From the NCBI GenBank assembly GCA_001784475.1, contig MFRE01000005.1, positions 31,649-70,719 of the forward strand: a stretch of 39,071 nucleotides of DNA, in the 5' to 3' direction. This stretch comes from Candidatus Magasanikbacteria bacterium RIFOXYD2_FULL_41_14. GTDB taxonomy: Bacteria; Patescibacteriota; Patescibacteriia; Magasanikbacterales; GWA2-37-8. Below, in pieces: positions 37,081 through 39,071 of the stretch. The translations under genes were made by a program, and so were the position numbers. Positions within the stretch are counted from its first letter, which is position 1. Each line of letters opens with the position of its first letter. The notes under the pieces are model-generated. The model was not told the DNA's origin, made no database searches, and saw only the letters and a program-made list of their open reading frames with translations.

Positions 37081-37902
37081 ATGTTTGATGTTTGCGTCAC
37101 CATTGTTAATACCAATGAAAAAAAAGAAATTGAGTCATCACTTGAATCTTTATTTTTTGATTCAAAAAATTCCGGTTTGAACATTGCCGTCGTTGTTGTC
37201 AATAACGCGTCGTTAGATTCAGCTGATGATTTAGCATCTAAGTTTCCCAACCTTACGATTATTAAAAATACTCGTAATGAGGGGTTTGGCAAAGCGCATA
37301 ATCGGGCTTTTGCGTCCGTGCCGGCAAAATATTATTTTGTTTTAAATCCCGATACGGAATTTCCAGCCAGTCAAAATTTTTTACGCCACCTGTACGATTT
37401 TATGGAAGCACACACTCAAGTGGGAGTAGTGGGTCCAAAAGTTATTTATCCCGATGGCTCGTTGCAATATTCTTGCTATCGTTTTCCTACTTTTTGGCAA
37501 CCGATTTTTTCGCGCACACGCTATGGTCAATCCGGTCAAGGCAAAATTATGTCCGATAAATTTTTAATGAAAGAATTTGATCACGCCACCACTCGGCCAG
37601 TGGATTGGGTAATGGGTTCGGCAATGTTTATTCGTAAGACCGCCTGGGACACAGTAGGCGGATTTGATGAGCGCTATTGGATGTATGCGGAAGATTCAGA
37701 TTTGTGCCGTCGGATGTGGGAAGCTGGTTTTGCTGTTTATTATTTGCACAGTGTATATCTGCGCCATGAGCATGGCCGCGCGTCGGCAAAAATTCCGGGA
37801 GTATTTAATGCCCTTATCAAAAATAAATACGCGCGCACCCATTTGGTTAGCTGGCTAAAGTATTTTTGGAAGTGGCGTGGGAATCATAAATACTACCGAT
37901 AA
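37081..37902 (+). CDS. Glycosyltransferase family 2 (WbbL/rhamnosyltransferase-like)
   Basis: NEGFGKAHN, LNPD, DGSLQYSC.RFP, VDWVMGSAM, GGFDERYWMYAEDSD.C; start at ATG 37081. Confidence 0.9.
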   Translation: MFDVCVTIVNTNEKKEIESSLESLFFDSKNSGLNIAVVVVNNASLDSADDLASKFPNLTIIKNTRNEGFGKAHNRAFASVPAKYYFVLNPDTEFPASQNFLRHLYDFMEAHTQVGVVGPKVIYPDGSLQYSCYRFPTFWQPIFSRTRYGQSGQGKIMSDKFLMKEFDHATTRPVDWVMGSAMFIRKTAWDTVGGFDERYWMYAEDSDLCRRMWEAGFAVYYLHSVYLRHEHGRASAKIPGVFNALIKNKYARTHLVSWLKYFWKWRGNHKYYR

Positions 37903-37923
37903 TTTTAAATTGTAAATTTCAAA

Positions 37924-39033
37924 ATGCAAAATAACGATTCAAAATTTAAAATTACGATTGTATATTTGACTTGGAATGACGAACCGCAAAAATATTTGAC
38001 GCGGGCGCTTGAGGCAATCGGGCAACAAACATACGCTCGGGAAAATTTGCGTTTAGTGATCGTTTACAATTCGCATAAAGAAAAAGAATCTTCGCAGTTA
38101 TCATTTGTTAAAACTGAAATAAAAAAATTAGAAAATATTTTACCCGAAACAGTGGTGCTCGCTCCTGATAAAAATTTAGGTTTTTCTGGCGGTAATAATT
38201 TGGGAATGCAGTGGGCGATAGACAGTGGCTGTGATTATGTTTTTTTGCATAATGCCGACGGTTATCTGGCGCCGGGCGCGCTTGCTGAATTAGTCAAAGC
38301 GCTAACCATTGATGCCAATATCGGCCAGGCGCAAGCTCTGGTGCGTTTATACCCGCAAACCGATTTAATTAATAGTGCGGGTAATAGTGTGAATTATCTC
38401 GGTATTGGTTTTTGCAATTATTTTAAAAAACCAGTGGCTAGTTTGAATTTGCCGGCCATAAGTGACATTGGCTATGCGTCTGGCTCGGCCACAATGATAC
38501 GCACAGATTTGTTAAAACAGTTAGGGAAATGGAACGAAGATTTTTACTTATATCACGAAGACCTGGAATATTCTTGGCGCTTAAAAATAAATGGTTATCG
38601 GGTGGTTTTGGCCAAAGAAGCGGAATTTTTTCACGAATATAAATTTGATAAGAATTTAAAGAAGTTTTATTGGCTAGAACGCAATCGGCACGCGTTCCAA
38701 TATTTATTCTATCGTTGGCCGACTCTGATTTTGACTTGGCCCTTGGAAATAGGGTATAATTTAGTCCTGCTGGTGGTCGCGGGCGCCGGCGGGTGGTTGC
38801 CGGAACTATTGCGGGTGTATGGATATTGGCTTAACCCCAGTAATTGGCAAAAATGGCGCGTGGGGAGGTGTTTAAATCAGCAAACACGAAAGTTAAACGA
38901 CCGTCAATTATTAGCACAGTCAACCGCGACTGTTGAATCAGCTGAGCTGGTAGTGTCTGGTCCGATAAAATTTTGCGCCAATTTAGTTTTTAAAATTTAT
39001 TATTATATTTTAAAATTAATAATTTGGTGGTGA
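37924..39033 (+). CDS. Glycosyltransferase family 2
   Basis: NLGFSGGNN.G, HNAD, INSAG, YASGS, FYLYHEDLE.SWR, ERNR. Confidence 0.88.
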   Translation: MQNNDSKFKITIVYLTWNDEPQKYLTRALEAIGQQTYARENLRLVIVYNSHKEKESSQLSFVKTEIKKLENILPETVVLAPDKNLGFSGGNNLGMQWAIDSGCDYVFLHNADGYLAPGALAELVKALTIDANIGQAQALVRLYPQTDLINSAGNSVNYLGIGFCNYFKKPVASLNLPAISDIGYASGSATMIRTDLLKQLGKWNEDFYLYHEDLEYSWRLKINGYRVVLAKEAEFFHEYKFDKNLKKFYWLERNRHAFQYLFYRWPTLILTWPLEIGYNLVLLVVAGAGGWLPELLRVYGYWLNPSNWQKWRVGRCLNQQTRKLNDRQLLAQSTATVESAELVVSGPIKFCANLVFKIYYYILKLIIWW

Positions 39034-39044
39034 TGGTGAATAAC

Positions 39045-39071
39045 TAAAGAATAAAGAATAAAGAATAAAGA
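39045..39071. repeat. Heptamer tandem repeat (TAAAGAA)n, cut by the window end
   Basis: Three full copies plus 6/7 of a fourth. Confidence 0.85.

Noticed and set aside
25889-37125. A7-A8 and T7-T8 runs inside genes as phase-variation tracts
   Set aside because: Expected in AT-rich DNA, and all reading frames are intact.
1385-37858. Many 60-120 aa antisense or alternate-frame ORFs in the track (e.g. 1385-1699, 8082-8441, 17369-17716, 21118-21468, 36428-36787)
   Set aside because: They lie within or across well-supported genes, show no motifs, and are expected shadows.
1-39071. CRISPR array, transposase/integrase, prophage genes, stop-codon reassignment
   Set aside because: No repeat-spacer array or mobile-element motifs seen; genes read through fully under the standard code and TGA acts as a stop.

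Overview
About 39 kb of AT-rich bacterial DNA, almost all coding on the + strand. The style suggests a Patescibacteria/CPR genome (no obvious Shine-Dalgarno sites, CPR-type surface proteins, short REP-like palindromes, stand-alone rpmA); this is inference only. Two large exported/surface protein genes (the first is 5'-partial) are followed by a tightly packed glycan biosynthesis locus of about 29 kb (3259-31991). The locus holds an O-antigen-ligase/O-oligosaccharyltransferase-family protein with a TPR tail, 9 glycosyltransferases, a Wzx flippase, two UDP-sugar 6-dehydrogenases, Gmd and two PLP enzymes (one ColD-like His type, one perosamine-synthase-like Lys type). It also holds two extended SDRs, four SAM methyltransferases, a deacetylase, a radical SAM/SPASM enzyme, a nitroreductase-methyltransferase fusion and an unknown helical-barrel protein. 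A bidirectional terminator separates it from rpmA, which shares a back-to-back promoter with a second unit (membrane protein, ftsW, PGI/PMI, four GT2s). Most notable: a ColD-like/Gmd/Per-like/atypical-reductase set that could make an unusual GDP-linked di- or trideoxy(amino) sugar, a probable surface-protein glycosylation system, a G11 tract in a promoter spacer, and a perfect 38-bp palindrome over the cluster promoter. No rRNA, tRNA, CRISPR array or transposase was seen. All functional calls come from reading motifs by eye, not from database searches.
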